This document shows, piece by piece, positions 19,423 through 31,300 of a stretch of DNA of 64,000 bases. The stretch is taken from contig JBMORE010000022.1 in NCBI GenBank assembly GCA_049322255.1, positions 1 to 64,000 of the forward strand, in the 5' to 3' direction. The notes below the pieces were generated by a model. It had not been told where the DNA came from and searched no databases. It saw only the letters and a program-made list of their open reading frames with translations. The DNA is from Myxococcota bacterium. GTDB lineage: Bacteria > Myxococcota > Myxococcia > Myxococcales > Myxococcaceae. Positions within the stretch are counted from its first letter, which is position 1; the number at the start of each line of letters is the position of its first letter. A program made the translations under genes and the position numbers.

Positions 19423-20738
19423 GCCCGCCGAAGGAAATCGGCATCGCCCTTCTCGGGCTGGGCAACGTCGGACGGGGGAGCTTTCGCATCCTCCAGGAGC
19501 ACGCCCAGGACATCGAGCGAAGGCTCGGCGCGCGGGTACGGGTGCGGCACATTTTGGTCAAAGAGCGCGGCAAGCCACGGCCCGACGGCGCCCACGAGCT
19601 GCTCACCACCGACCCGGAGCGGGTCTTCTCCGACCCCGACGTCTCGGTGGTGGTGGAGCTCCTCGGAGGGCTTTCACCCGCGCGCGAGCTGCTCTTGCGG
19701 GCCATCGACTCCGGCCGCCACGTGGTGACCGCCAACAAGGCGCTGCTCGCCGCGCACGGAGAGGAGCTCTTCTCTTTGGCGCTGGCCAAGGGCGTCGACT
19801 TGCACTTCGAGGGCGCGGTGTGCGGCGGCATTCCCATCATTCGCACCCTGCGCGAGGCGCTCGCCTCCGACCGCATCGACGCGCTCTTCGGCATCGTCAA
19901 CGGCACCACCAACTTCATCCTCTCGGCGATGGCTGAAGAGGGAAGGAGCTATGAAGAGGCGCTCGGCCAGGCCCAGGAGCTGGGCTTCGCCGAGGCCGAC
20001 CCCACTCTCGACGTGAACGGGATGGATGCCGCGCAGAAGCTCCTCCTGCTCAGTCAGCTGGCCTTCTCGGCCCGCCTCCGCCTGGAGCAGCTCTCGGTGG
20101 AGGGCATCGAAGGCCTGCGGCCGATCGACTTCGCCTTGGCCAAGGAGTTCGGCTACGCGCTCAAGCTGCTCGCGGTCGCCTCCCGCACCGAAGGCGGCAT
20201 CGAGGCGCGGGTGCACCCGGCCTTTCTTCCATTGAAAAGCCCGCTCGCCGAGGTGCGAGGAGCTTTCAACGCGGTGTTGGTGCAGTCGGTCGCGTTGGGG
20301 CCCTCGCTCTTCTACGGCCAAGGCGCAGGAGCGATGCCGACCGGAAGCGCGGTGGTGGCCGACGTCATCGACATTTGCCGAAACCGGCTTGCCGGTGTCT
20401 CGGGGCGCCTGCCGATGTTGTGCCCGCCCCATCTCTCTGACGTTCCTTTGCGCTCCGCTTCCGAGCGAGAAGGGCCCTGCTATTTGCGCTTCACGGTGAT
20501 CGACGAGCCGGGTGTGCTCGGACGCATCGCCACCGTTCTGGGCGAGAAGCGGGTATCGATCGCCTCGATCATCCAGCGCGAGCCGAAAGAAGGGGAGAGC
20601 GCCGCCACCATCGTGGTTTTCACCCACCGAGCTCGCGAGGCCGACGTGCTGGCCGCAGTGCACTGGATCGATCAGCTCAAGACCACCTGCGCCCGTACTC
20701 GCATCATTCGCATCGAGGAACGGGTACCGCTGGCATGA
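19419..20738 (+). CDS. hom: Homoserine dehydrogenase with ACT domain
   Basis: GLGNVG, VVTANKA, GIVNGTTNFIL, GFAEADPTLDV, GAGAMPT; GTG start overlapping upstream stop. Confidence 0.95.
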   Translation: MSPPKEIGIALLGLGNVGRGSFRILQEHAQDIERRLGARVRVRHILVKERGKPRPDGAHELLTTDPERVFSDPDVSVVVELLGGLSPARELLLRAIDSGRHVVTANKALLAAHGEELFSLALAKGVDLHFEGAVCGGIPIIRTLREALASDRIDALFGIVNGTTNFILSAMAEEGRSYEEALGQAQELGFAEADPTLDVNGMDAAQKLLLLSQLAFSARLRLEQLSVEGIEGLRPIDFALAKEFGYALKLLAVASRTEGGIEARVHPAFLPLKSPLAEVRGAFNAVLVQSVALGPSLFYGQGAGAMPTGSAVVADVIDICRNRLAGVSGRLPMLCPPHLSDVPLRSASEREGPCYLRFTVIDEPGVLGRIATVLGEKRVSIASIIQREPKEGESAATIVVFTHRAREADVLAAVHWIDQLKTTCARTRIIRIEERVPLA

Positions 20739-20826
20739 GCAGGTGTGGGCCAGGCGCGCACACCTGCGCGTTGACCGCGTCTGGGGTGGTAATTACCCTT
20801 GAGCGCTCACGAAATCCGAGGCGGCG

Positions 20827-21834
20827 GTGATTGAAGCGCAGGAACAGACCAACGAGGAGCTGATTCTCTCCTTCCTTGCCGACAGCGGCGAGGAGTTCAC
20901 CTCGGGCGAGGCGCTCTCGGACAAGCTCGGTCTGTCGCGGGCGGCGGTGTGGAAGGTGGTGGAAGGCCTGCGCAAGATGGGCTACCGCATCGACGCGGCT
21001 CCTTCGCGTGGCTATCGACTGGTGGAGGTGCCCGACCGGCTCACCTCGCTGGAGCTGGCGCCCTTGCTTGCCACCCACGACCTGGGGCGCACCATTCACT
21101 TCTTCGAGAGCTTGCCCTCGACCAACGAGTGGGCGCTCCGCCTGGCTGCCGAGGGAGCGTTCCACGGGGAGGTGGTGATCTGCGAGGAGCAGACCCAAGG
21201 GCGCGGGCGTCGCGGGCGCGGGTGGGTGTCGCCCAAAGGGCTCAACCTCTACTTCTCGGCCATCTTGAAGCCCGAGCTGCCGCCCCAGCGCGCCCCTGAG
21301 CTCACCCTGGTCGCCGCAGTCGCTGTGGCCGAAACCCTGCGTGAAGCTGGCGGCGAAGCCTTCATCAAGTGGCCCAACGACGTGCACATCGAAGGGCGCA
21401 AGGTCGCCGGCGTCTTGACCGAGCTGGCGGCGGACCAAGACCGGGTGCACCACGTGGTGGTGGGGGTGGGGGTCAACCTGAACGCCGAAGGGAAGGACTT
21501 TCCCCCCGAGCTGACCGAAGTGGCCACCTCGCTGGCGACGGTGCGCGGCCAGAAGGTTCCGCGCGCGCTCTTCGCCGCCGCGCTGTGGACCAAGCTGGAG
21601 GAGTGGCTCGACCGTCACGCGGAAGAGGGCTTTGCGCCCGTGCGGAAGGCCTGGCGCGACTTGAGCTGCACCTTGGGTCACGAGGTGCTGGTGAAGGAAG
21701 AGCGCCGCGAGCTCCGCGGGGTGGCCGAGGACATCGACGAGCAGGGGGCGCTTTTGGTGCGCACCGACGAGGGGACCATGGAGCGGATTTTGGCCGGCGA
21801 TGTCGAGCAGGTGCGATCCAAGAAGGCGGAGTAG
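20827..21834 (+). CDS. birA: Bifunctional biotin ligase/repressor
   Basis: N-terminal HTH (SGEALS..LGLSRAAVWK), QTQGRGRRGRGW, KWPND, KVAGVL. Confidence 0.96.
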   Translation: MIEAQEQTNEELILSFLADSGEEFTSGEALSDKLGLSRAAVWKVVEGLRKMGYRIDAAPSRGYRLVEVPDRLTSLELAPLLATHDLGRTIHFFESLPSTNEWALRLAAEGAFHGEVVICEEQTQGRGRRGRGWVSPKGLNLYFSAILKPELPPQRAPELTLVAAVAVAETLREAGGEAFIKWPNDVHIEGRKVAGVLTELAADQDRVHHVVVGVGVNLNAEGKDFPPELTEVATSLATVRGQKVPRALFAAALWTKLEEWLDRHAEEGFAPVRKAWRDLSCTLGHEVLVKEERRELRGVAEDIDEQGALLVRTDEGTMERILAGDVEQVRSKKAE

Positions 21835-21846
21835 AGTCTTTCTCGC

Positions 21847-22617
21847 ATGCTGCTGGTCATCGACGTCGGCAACACCAACACCGTGCTCGGGGTGTACGAG
21901 GGCGATCGCCTTTCGGCGCACTGGCGGCTGGAGACCAACGCCCGCCGCACCTACGACGAGTACGGCATGGTGGTGCGCCAGCTCTTCGCCCACGCGAACA
22001 TCGACCCCACGAAAGTGACGGCGGTGGCGGTGTCGAGCGTGGTGCCGCCGCTGCAGTTCAACCTGGAGCGCATGGCCGAGCGGTACTTTGGGCAAAAGCC
22101 GATGTTCGTCGGGCCCGGCGTCAAGACGGGCATGCCCATTCTCTACGACAACCCGCGCGAGGTAGGTGCCGACCGCATCGTCAACGCGGTGGCGGCCTAC
22201 GAGAAATTCAAGAGCGGCCTGTTGGTGGTGGACTTCGGCACCGCCACCACCTTCGACGCGGTTTCCCCCAGAGGCGAGTATTTGGGCGGGGCCATCTGTC
22301 CCGGGGTGACCATCTCCATGGAGGCGCTGTTCAAGAACGCTTCCAAGCTGCCGCGGGTGGAGTTCGCCCGGCCGCCGCAGGTGGTGGGGAAGAACACCGT
22401 GCACTCGATGCAGTCGGGCCTGGTGTTCGGCTACGTGGGGTTGGTCGACGGCCTCTGCGCGCGGATGCAGGCCGAGCTGGGGTTTTCGGTGAAGGTGGTG
22501 GCCACCGGCGGGCTGGCCCCGCTCATCGCCGCCGAGTCACGCGCCATTGCGGAAGTCGACGAATTTCTCACCCTCGAGGGTCTGCGCATCATCTACGGGA
22601 GGAACCACCCGTCATGA
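21847..22617 (+). CDS. coaX: Type III pantothenate kinase
   Basis: DVGNTN, GADRI, DFGTATT, GGAICPG, ATGG. Confidence 0.96.
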   Translation: MLLVIDVGNTNTVLGVYEGDRLSAHWRLETNARRTYDEYGMVVRQLFAHANIDPTKVTAVAVSSVVPPLQFNLERMAERYFGQKPMFVGPGVKTGMPILYDNPREVGADRIVNAVAAYEKFKSGLLVVDFGTATTFDAVSPRGEYLGGAICPGVTISMEALFKNASKLPRVEFARPPQVVGKNTVHSMQSGLVFGYVGLVDGLCARMQAELGFSVKVVATGGLAPLIAAESRAIAEVDEFLTLEGLRIIYGRNHPS

Positions 22618-23774
22618 GTGAAGAGCTACCCGATTCGGCTCCAGCGGTGGCGCCTTTGCCCAACGTGGTCGAAGGCCAGTGTCCGATTTCCGCCGACTTC
22701 TTGCCGCCCAACATGCGCAAGCACGTGGACGTCAAGGCGCCGGTGCCGCTGCGGGCGATGGCCGCCAAGGGGCTGGTGCCGCTGGCGCCCTCGGACATGG
22801 TGGGAGCGCTGTTCATGCTCACCTTCGATCCCGATGCCGGCGTACGGGAGACGGCGGCGAAGACTGCGGGAGGCTTGCCTGACCGCATTCTGGGCACGGC
22901 GCTGCGGGACGAAGCGGTGCCGCCGCCGGTGTTGGCCTACTTCCTCGTCCACGTGGGCGACAAAGAAGCGTACGCCGAGATGCTCATCTTGAACGCGTCG
23001 ACCCCCGACGCCGCCGTCGCTCAGACGGCCCTGACCTGCTCGGCACGCATCCTCGAAATCATCGGTCAGAACCAGCTGCGCATCCTGCGGCACGACGACA
23101 TCATTCGTTCGCTGTGCCAAAACCCCAACGCCTCGAAGGCGCTCATCGACGGCGTCTGCGACTTCGCGGTGCGCAGCGGCATGAGCCTCGCCGACGTGCC
23201 GGCGATGAAGGAAGCGCGCGTTCGCCTCTTCGGTCCAGAGGCGGCCGCCGCTCCGGTGGAGCAGGGGCCCACCGCCGATGCCCTCCTGCAGGAGTACCAA
23301 GAGCTTTCCGACGAGGCGGCCAGCCCGATGGAGGAGGGCAAGCGGCTCAACCTCACCCAGCGGGTGATGAAGATGAGCATCTCGGAGAAGATCAAGCTCG
23401 CCACCCTAGGCAACAAAGAGGCGCGCACGCTGCTCATTCGCGACTCCAACAAGCTGGTGGCGACAGCGGTCATCCGCTCACCACGCATCACCATCGGTGA
23501 AATCCGCACCACCGCTCACAGCCGCGCGGTCTCCGACGACGTCTTGCGGGTCATCTACATGAACAAGGAGTGGACCAAGGACTACCCGGTCAAGCTCGCC
23601 TTGGTGAAGAACCCCAAGGTGCCGCAGGCGATCAGCATGCGGTGGATGGCCACTTTGCGCGAGAGCGACGTAAAGAACCTCGCCAACGACCGCAACGTAC
23701 CCTCCAACGTGCGCATGCACGCCAAGAAGATGATGACCAAGAAGAACGCACCCGCGAAGGCGGAAGGTCACTAG
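22614..23774 (+). CDS. Conserved helical-repeat hypothetical protein
   Basis: ATG overlaps coaX stop; [30 protein letters not shown] motifs. Confidence 0.75.
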   Translation: MSEELPDSAPAVAPLPNVVEGQCPISADFLPPNMRKHVDVKAPVPLRAMAAKGLVPLAPSDMVGALFMLTFDPDAGVRETAAKTAGGLPDRILGTALRDEAVPPPVLAYFLVHVGDKEAYAEMLILNASTPDAAVAQTALTCSARILEIIGQNQLRILRHDDIIRSLCQNPNASKALIDGVCDFAVRSGMSLADVPAMKEARVRLFGPEAAAAPVEQGPTADALLQEYQELSDEAASPMEEGKRLNLTQRVMKMSISEKIKLATLGNKEARTLLIRDSNKLVATAVIRSPRITIGEIRTTAHSRAVSDDVLRVIYMNKEWTKDYPVKLALVKNPKVPQAISMRWMATLRESDVKNLANDRNVPSNVRMHAKKMMTKKNAPAKAEGH

Positions 23775-25447
23775 GCGGCGACTTCCTCGTCGTCGCCTGC
23801 CTCTTCCACCGCCGGCTGCTCGTCAAGCAGCTGAAGCGCGATGGAGAGCGCCTTCTTGGTCTTCTCGCGCAGCTTCTCGTCGCCCTTGATGCGCGCGTAG
23901 AGCTTGGCCACCCGCTCCTCGTTCTTCTGGCTGGCCTCCTCCAGCTCCGCGACGCGCTTGCGCATGGAGGCAGCTTCCTCCGCGAACGCGGTGGCCTGGG
24001 TGGTGAGCTGGTTCTTCGCCGAGTCGAGGTCGATCTGTGTGGTTTCGAGCTGGGTCCGGCTCTCGTCCGCCTCGTTTCGGGCCGCCTCCAGCTCGCGTTG
24101 AGCCCGCTCCAGCTCGGCGCGTCGTTCCTCGGCCTCCTCGGTGGCCAGGTTGGCGCGCGCCTCGAGCTCGTCCCTGCCTGCGCGTAAGGACTCCAGCTCG
24201 GCCTCGGCGGCTCGCACTTGATCTTGCAGTGCGTCGGCGTCGGCCTGCAGGGTGGTCAGCTTCGCGGTGGCGCTGCGCGCTTCCTCCTTGGCGGCCATGA
24301 GCTGCTGATCGAACCGCTTGCGCTCCGCGGTGAGCTGCTCGGTCTTGGTGGTGAGCGTCTTGAGCTGCGCTTCACGCCGAGCCAGCTCTCCGGAAGACTC
24401 GGAGAGCTGCTGCTCGAAAGTGGTCTCCCGCTCGCGCAACTCGAGCAGCTCCTGCTCCTTCTCGTTGAGCTCGCTCTTGAGCTTAAGCAGCTCCTTGTCC
24501 TTCTTGTTCGCCGCTTCCTTGAGAGCGAAATAGTCTTTGTCGTGCTTGCCTCCCGAGGAACGCGCGGCTTCGGCCTCGGCGGCCTTCCCCTCGAGGTCGG
24601 TTTCGAGCTCGCGAATGCGCGCGCTCTGCTCGCTCAGTTGGGCGGTGGCGTCGTCGAGGGCGGCCGAAAGCTCGGCGACCTTGGCCTTGAGCTGGCGAAG
24701 CTCGCTGGAGTCTGCGGGGGAGGCCGGCGGGGAGGGACGGGCGACGGGTCGCGGGGGAGGGGCCGGGTCTTCGCCCAGGCCGTCCAACGCCGAAGAAGCG
24801 TCGTCGCCCTCCTCGGTGACGCTGAGATGGACCTCTCCCGCGTCCTCATGGAGGGCGGCGGGTTCTACCTCGGCGGAGGCCTCGACGGACCCGCCCGACT
24901 CGGTGGAGATGTCGTCGAAGGCGGCATCGAGCATGTCGAGCTCGGGGTCGGCGGAGGCCACCGTCTCTTCCTCGGCTTCGACCGCAATCTCCTCGGCGTA
25001 GACCTCGCTGGTGGTGCTCTCCTCCTCGACCAAGTCGGAGAGAGAAAAGCCGTCGTCCACCTCGTCGGCCGGCGGCTCGGGAAAGCCAATCAACCCGCCG
25101 ATGCGCTGAATCAGAATGCCCAGGTCGACCGGTTTGGCCACGTACTCGTCGGCTCTCGTCTTGAGCGCCTTGTGCTTCGCAAAGCCGTCGGGGTTGCCGA
25201 TGATCACCACCGGAATGCCCTTGAGCTCGTCGTCCTTCTTGAGCTTGCCGCAGATGATGTAGCCGTTCTGGCCGGCGGAGAGGTCGACCGCGAGCACCAC
25301 CAGGTCGGGCTTCTTTTGGCGAATCAGCTCCTGGCTACCCTTGCCGTCCGAGGTTTCTTCGATAGAGAAGCCCCTGCCTTCCAGCTTGCCGCGGATGCTC
25401 TGCGACAGGGCAGCGTCACTTTCGACGATCAAAATGTTCTTGGCCAT
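23771..25447 (-). CDS. frzS: FrzS: pseudo-receiver plus long coiled coil (social motility)
   Basis: ILIVESD..DLVVLAVDLSAGQNGY..GNPDGF..ADEYVAKP matches my recollection of M. xanthus FrzS; acidic linker; coiled coil; syntenic with ECF sigma, ald and frz. Confidence 0.9.
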   Translation of the reverse strand: MAKNILIVESDAALSQSIRGKLEGRGFSIEETSDGKGSQELIRQKKPDLVVLAVDLSAGQNGYIICGKLKKDDELKGIPVVIIGNPDGFAKHKALKTRADEYVAKPVDLGILIQRIGGLIGFPEPPADEVDDGFSLSDLVEEESTTSEVYAEEIAVEAEEETVASADPELDMLDAAFDDISTESGGSVEASAEVEPAALHEDAGEVHLSVTEEGDDASSALDGLGEDPAPPPRPVARPSPPASPADSSELRQLKAKVAELSAALDDATAQLSEQSARIRELETDLEGKAAEAEAARSSGGKHDKDYFALKEAANKKDKELLKLKSELNEKEQELLELRERETTFEQQLSESSGELARREAQLKTLTTKTEQLTAERKRFDQQLMAAKEEARSATAKLTTLQADADALQDQVRAAEAELESLRAGRDELEARANLATEEAEERRAELERAQRELEAARNEADESRTQLETTQIDLDSAKNQLTTQATAFAEEAASMRKRVAELEEASQKNEERVAKLYARIKGDEKLREKTKKALSIALQLLDEQPAVEEAGDDEEVAA

Positions 25448-25537
25448 GGCGGGTTGCAACGAAGCCTTGAATCGAGGCTATCGAGGGGGCATGGGTCCGT
25501 CAACGTTACGATCGCGGGGAGATGTTTCGACCGGCGC

Positions 25538-26341
25538 TCACCGCTGAAGCGACGCGGGCTGTAACGGCAGTGAAGGTCGCGCACCTGATGGCGCCGGCTG
25601 AAAGAGCATGCGGCGGATGTCGGCCTCGTCGAGATCGGTGACCAGGGTGTAACCCACCTCGCCGTCGCGCCAGCTCACCACGTTGTAGCCCAAGCTCTTG
25701 GCCACCTCGGCGTCGGAGAGGGTCGCGTTGGCGCCTCCGCGGTCGTCGTAGACGAACAGCCCGATGCGCCCCGGCGCTGCTCCCGCGGGCGTGTCGGCGT
25801 CGTAGCTGATGTACGCGGCCTGGCGCTCCTGCACGTTGAGAAGCCGCGCCCCCGCCGGCACCGCATTGGGAAAGGCCGGCACCGCGACCCGGTGAGGGAA
25901 TTTACCCGCGAACCAGGCCTCGATCTGCTGTCCCGAGCGCTGATGAATCTCCAAAGGGAAGCGCTTGGCGTGGCGCGCCGCGGCGTCCGCCATCAGCTTT
26001 TGCCGCGACGATTCTTGTAGGTACACGTAGCTGCCACCGCTCACCACCACCACCGCCGCTGCCGCCGCCGTCAGCTGGAACCAGCGCTGGCTCGCCGCCC
26101 CCCGTTGTTCCCGGGCGAGGCCACCCCGGACTTTCGCCCACAGCGCCTCGGGAGCGGGGGGCACGTTGGCCAGCCCGCGGGTCTTGGCGCGCAAGCCCTC
26201 CATGAAACGCTTCTCGGAGTGAACGCGGGTGGCGCACTCGGCGCAGCCGGCCAAGTGGGTCTCGATCTCCACGCATTCGGCGGCGTCGAGCTCGCCGTCG
26301 AGGTAGGGGTAGAGAAACTGTTCGAGCTCGGTGCAGGTCAC
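25538..26341 (-). CDS. Zinc-binding (ZAS, zf-HC2) transmembrane anti-sigma factor
   Basis: YLDGEL..HLAGCAEC, one TM helix, directly downstream of the sigma gene. Confidence 0.9.
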   Translation of the reverse strand: MTCTELEQFLYPYLDGELDAAECVEIETHLAGCAECATRVHSEKRFMEGLRAKTRGLANVPPAPEALWAKVRGGLAREQRGAASQRWFQLTAAAAAVVVVSGGSYVYLQESSRQKLMADAAARHAKRFPLEIHQRSGQQIEAWFAGKFPHRVAVPAFPNAVPAGARLLNVQERQAAYISYDADTPAGAAPGRIGLFVYDDRGGANATLSDAEVAKSLGYNVVSWRDGEVGYTLVTDLDEADIRRMLFQPAPSGARPSLPLQPASLQR

Positions 26342-26349
26342 GCCTCGAC

Positions 26350-26985
26350 CTATCCTACTTTCTTCCGCGACCGGTACTCATTGAGGTCGGTGAGGTCCGA
26401 GCGGCTTTCGGGGGAGAGCACCCCGTGGCCTTGCGCGTACTCCCGCAAGGTCTTCTGCAACAGCTTGCGCCCCCGAAACAGCCGGCTCATCACCGTGCCC
26501 ACCGGACACTCGAGGATCTCGGCGATCTCCTTGTAGGAGAACTCCTGCAGGTCGGCGAGGATGACCACCAGGCGAAAGTCGATCGGCAGGGCGTCGATCG
26601 CCCGCAGGACGTCGTCGGAGAGCAGCCGGTCGAAGAAGTACTGCTCGGGGTTGGCGGCGAAGTCGGTGGCGTCGCGGGAGATGAAACGCTCGTGCACCGC
26701 TTCGCGCTCGCTGCCCTCCACCACGCTGCGCTCCTTCACCTTGCGGCGGTAGCGGTTGATGAAGGTGTTGGTGAGAATTTTGAACAACCAGGCTTTGATG
26801 TTGGTGCCCCGCTCGAACTTGTCGAAGAAGCGGTAGGCCCGCATGCAGGTGTCCTGAACCAAGTCTTCGGCGTCGCGCTCGTTCTTGGTCAGCCGCAGGG
26901 CAGCCGAGTAGAGCGGGTCGAGGTGGGCCAGCGCCAGCGCCTCGAATTCCTGCTTGGTGCGGTTGGTTTGCCGGACGTCCAACAT
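26350..26985 (-). CDS. rpoE1: ECF sigma factor (SigH/SigR-like; RpoE1 position)
   Basis: [44 protein letters not shown]; name assigned from synteny with frzS and ald. Confidence 0.85.
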   Translation of the reverse strand: MLDVRQTNRTKQEFEALALAHLDPLYSAALRLTKNERDAEDLVQDTCMRAYRFFDKFERGTNIKAWLFKILTNTFINRYRRKVKERSVVEGSEREAVHERFISRDATDFAANPEQYFFDRLLSDDVLRAIDALPIDFRLVVILADLQEFSYKEIAEILECPVGTVMSRLFRGRKLLQKTLREYAQGHGVLSPESRSDLTDLNEYRSRKKVG

Positions 26986-27092
26986 CGTTCCCCTTCAAGC
27001 CATTGAAATTACGTCGGTTTGTACTGCGGGTCGCGACTCAATGTATGCATGATGACATTCACTGCCCACCGCCGCCGCCAAACGTACAGGCA

Positions 27093-27117
27093 TACGCTTA
27101 ACGCACGGGGTTATTCC
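27093..27117 (-). promoter_or_regulatory. Candidate ECF-type (autoregulatory) promoter
   Basis: Minus strand GGAAT-N16-CGTA about 110 bp upstream of the sigma start. Confidence 0.35.
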
Positions 27118-27159
27118 CGCAAGCGCAAAGGGGCGAGCGGTGCGCGGGCTGGTGGCCCT

Positions 27160-28272
27160 TCAAAGCGCGTCGAAAATGGGGACGTAGTCGTAGCCCAAGT
27201 CCCTGGCCACCGCTTCGTAGGTCACCCGGCCGCCATGGGTGTTGAGCCCGCGGGACAGCGCTTTGTCTTGACGGACGGCGGCCGCCAGCCCCAGGTCAGC
27301 GATCTTTCTTCCGTAGGGGCGAGTGGTGTTGGTGAGAGCGAAGGTCGAAGTCTGCGGCACCGCCCCTGGCATGTTGGCCACGCAGTAGTGAATCACCCCG
27401 TGCACCTCGTAGGTGGGTTGGTCGTGGGTGGTGGGCTTGCAGGTCGCGATGCAGCCTCCCTGGTCCACCGCTACGTCGACCACCACCGAGCCTGGCGACA
27501 TCTGGGCGATGAGCTCCTCGGAGACCAGCCTGGGCGCCTTGCCGCCGGGGATGAGCACCGCGCCGACGACCAAGTCGGCCTCCCGCACTGTGCGGGCGAT
27601 GCTCTCCGAGTCGGAGGCCAAGGTCGCCACCCGCCCGAGGAAGACGTCGTCGAGGTAAGTGAGCTGGTTCAAGTTGAGGTCGAGAATGGTCACCTCGGCG
27701 CCCATGCCCACGGCGATCTTCGCCGCGTTGGTGCCCACCACGCCGCCGCCGATGATCGCCACCCGCCCGCGCCGCACGCCGGGTACGCCACCGAGCAAAA
27801 TTCCCTTGCCGCCGTGCTCCTTCTCCAGGCACGCCGCTCCCACCTGAATGGACATCTTTCCGGCGATTTCGCTCATCGGCTTGAGCAAGGGCAGCGAGCC
27901 GTCTTCGAGCTGAATGGTTTCGTAGGCCACCGCGGAGACGTTCTTCTTCACCAGCACCTTGGCCAGCTCGGGCACCGCGGCGAGGTGGAAGTAGGTGTAG
28001 ATGATCTGCCCGTCCTGGATGAGGTCGTACTCGCTGGGAATCGGCTCCTTCACCTTGATGACCAGCTCCGAACGCTTCCACACCGTGTGGGCGTCATCGA
28101 CGATCTCGGCGCCCGCACGTGCGTACTCCTCGTCGTGAATGCGCGAGCCCTCGCCGGCACCCTTTTGCACCAAGACGCGATGGCCCGCCTGCACGTGAGA
28201 ACGCACGCCCGCAGGCACCATGCCCACGCGGTACTCCCGGGTCTTGATCTCTTTGGGTACGCCGATGATCAC
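27160..28272 (-). CDS. ald: Alanine dehydrogenase
   Basis: [47 protein letters not shown] start after AAGGAGG. Confidence 0.96.
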   Translation of the reverse strand: MIIGVPKEIKTREYRVGMVPAGVRSHVQAGHRVLVQKGAGEGSRIHDEEYARAGAEIVDDAHTVWKRSELVIKVKEPIPSEYDLIQDGQIIYTYFHLAAVPELAKVLVKKNVSAVAYETIQLEDGSLPLLKPMSEIAGKMSIQVGAACLEKEHGGKGILLGGVPGVRRGRVAIIGGGVVGTNAAKIAVGMGAEVTILDLNLNQLTYLDDVFLGRVATLASDSESIARTVREADLVVGAVLIPGGKAPRLVSEELIAQMSPGSVVVDVAVDQGGCIATCKPTTHDQPTYEVHGVIHYCVANMPGAVPQTSTFALTNTTRPYGRKIADLGLAAAVRQDKALSRGLNTHGGRVTYEAVARDLGYDYVPIFDAL

Positions 28273-28345
28273 CACCGCCTCCTTTAAGAGGCGGCGGAAC
28301 TTAAAAGGCCGAAGGGGAGCGAGCAAGCGCCTTACCCAAGCGCCG

Positions 28346-31300
28346 TCAGGGAGGAAAGAGCTCCACCACGTAGCTTGCCCAGTCGGAGGTTCCCGAGCCG
28401 AACCCGCGCTCCACCCTCAGCGTGGTCGCATTGGTGAGAAGGTGCCGACCGAGCATCGGCCCCAGCCGCTCGGGAGCGCCGCTGTGGGTCCCCTTTCCGG
28501 CGGCGGTCCCCCCCGTCACCATTCCACCGGCGAAGACCACCGAGCGGGTGGTGTCCACCGTGCTCAAGCTCGCGGTGTTGGACAGGCCGGAGGAGATCTG
28601 CACCGCGACCTGCTGGACGAGGTTGAAGTTGGGTAGCCCCACGCGCTCGTAAGCGATGGCGTCGATCTGATCGGAGCTGCAGCCACGCTCAAAGCTCAGC
28701 GTGGTGCCGGAAGGGACGCTGCCCTGGAGCATGCGCTCGCAGGTTTCGTCTCCCCCCGCGCCGGTGCGCCAGCTGTAGAGCAGGAAGGTACGGGTGGGGT
28801 CGGCGGCGCTCAGGCCCGTGGCGCTGGCGGTGAGGGCGTTGTTCTGGATCGCCGGCGGGCTGGGGCCGATGAGCCCGCGCGTCACCGAGGCTCCAGTCCA
28901 CTCGACGACCTGTAGGTTGTAGACGGCGGTGAAGGTGCACCCGCCGCCAGCATGGGTTATCTCGACGTTGGTCGGGCTGGTGAGCTGAACGGTGTTGAAG
29001 TCCTCGTTGTTGGCGGTGACCCCTCCGGCCTCGGCGCTGAACAAGACGAAGGTTTCGCTCATGTTCACCGCGCTGGGGAGCGTGACGTTGGTGGTGTCAC
29101 CGGCGCAGTTTTGCTGCAGGTGCTGAACGCGGACTCCGGTGGGGAAGTACGCCGCCTGCCAGTCGATGGAGATCGCGAGTGTCCCAAAGGATGAGCGCCG
29201 CGAGCAGGCGAGGGTGCTGGCATCTTGCAGGTGGCAGCGCACGTAGCTCGCTCCCGGGCCAGTCCCGTCGCCGGCGGCCTGGAAGAAGACAATCGTTTTG
29301 TTGACGTCAGGGAGCGCGGGGCTGACGGTGCAGCTGACGCTCGCAGCTCCGGCGGCGATGAAGCAGGAGCCAGCGTTCACCGCGTTGCGGATCGTCTCCG
29401 TCTGGTTGGCGCTGGTCAGCCCGGTCGCGCTCGCCGTGACGCCGAAGGAGCCGCCGGTGAGGCCCTTGAAGTAGAAGCTCGCCTGCGTCCCCAGGGCGGG
29501 GATGGAGACGTTCGTCACCGGCGTCGTGCAACCGGCATCGGAGTAAAAAGCGAAGTTGGTCGCCGGGGCGGCGACGAGGTTCACCGTGGTGGCAGACCCC
29601 ACGGGTGCGGGAGAGCCTCCCATGTCTTGGCTCTCGATCTGCACCACTGCCGAGCACTCTCCCGCGGCCCGGCTCTGGGCCGCCGTGAGGAAGGCCAGTC
29701 GCTGCGCCGCGCTGGAGAGTGTTTGGGTCTGTACTGCGCTCGACATGCCGGACGCTGACGCGGTGACGGTGACGCTCCCCGGCAGGGTGCCCATGAACCA
29801 GAAGCTCGCCGAGCTCGTGGAGGCAGCGATGGTCGTCGTGAGGGTCGACGTTAGACACGACGGGTCTGAATAAAAGGTGAAGCCGGCGCTGGGGGAGGCT
29901 AGGAGAGTGACGGAGGTGGCCGCCGTCACCGCCGAGACGTTGCCGAAGCCGTCGCGGCTCTCGAGGTTGCTCGCACTGGAGCACTGCCCTGCGGTGACCG
30001 TCTGAGGGGCGCTGGTGAAGGCGAGGACGGTGGGCGGAGCGGGGGTGATGGTCTCGGCCTGAGCCGCGTTGCTCAGACCCGAAGCGCTGGCGGTGACGGT
30101 GACGCTCCCAGCGACGTTTCCGAGGAAGCGAAAGCTCGTGCCGGTGGAGCCGGCGTTGATGGTGACGGAAGTGAACGGCCCGTCGCTGCACGACCCGTTT
30201 CGATGGAAGGTGAACCCGGCCGAGGGAGCGGCCAGAAGGCTCACGGTGAGGGTGCCTCCCAGCGTGGTCGGGTTGCCGAAGGAGTCTTGCCGCTGCACGG
30301 TGACGTTGCCCGAACAGGTGCCGGCGCTCAGTGTCTGGGCAGCCGTGGTGAACACCAGAGCCGCCGCGTTGCCCGCCGCCACCGTTTCGAGCTGCGATGC
30401 GCTTCCCACCGTCGAGCTGGCCGTGATGTTGACCGACCCCGCGGTGGTGCCACGAAAGTAGAAGCTCACCGACGAGGTGCCCACGCCGAGGGTGACGCTG
30501 GAGACGGGGGCGGTACAGCCCGCATCGGCGAAGAAGGCAAAGCCTGAGGCGGCCGTGCTCGTCAGGGCAACGGAGGTGCTTGTCGTGACAGGTGAGGGGT
30601 TGTTGAACGCGTCGGTGCTTCTCACGGTGGCGATGCCCGAGCAGTTACCGGCGGCGACGGTCTGGGAAGGGGTGGCGAACACCAGGGCCACCGGCGGCCC
30701 GGCCTGAATCGTCTCGGTCTGGTTGGCTGGGGAAAGCCCCCCGCCGCTCACCGTCACCCCCACCGCACCCGGTTGGGTACCGCGGACATAGAACCCAGCA
30801 CTGGCGCTGCCGGAAGAGAGGGTGATGCCGGTGACGGAGGTGGTGCAGCTGGCGTCCGAGAAGAAGCCGAAGTTGGCCGCGGGTGACGCACCGAGGGTCA
30901 GCGGGGTAGGCGCGGCGACGTTCGAGGGGTTGCCTCCGGCGTCCTGCGTCTGCACGGTGAGCACGGTGGAGCACGCGCCGGCGACGAGCGTCTTGGGCCC
31001 GGTGACGAACGCGAGGCGGGTGGGGGGGCCGAGCACGATGGTGTGTTGCTGGGTGGCAAAGCCGAGCGCGACGGTCTGCGCGGTGACGTTGACCGGGCCT
31101 GTGTTGAACCCGCGGAAGTAAAAGTTGACGCTGGCAGCGCCGGCCAAAATCGTCACGTTCATCGTCGGGGTGGTGCAGCCAGGGTCTGTGAAAAAAGCGA
31201 AGTTGGTCGACGGGTTGGCGGACAAAGCCACCATGCTCCCCGTGGCCAGGTTGGAGCGGTTTCCCGCGGCGTCCTGAGCCTCGATGGTCACCACCCCCGA

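Noticed and set aside
21369..22613. Apparent 801-aa ORF overlapping birA and coaX
   Set aside because: N-terminal part is off-frame read-through; plausible protein begins at ATG 22614
23771..25447. Missing phospho-acceptor Asp in the receiver as a novelty
   Set aside because: Known property of the FrzS pseudo-receiver
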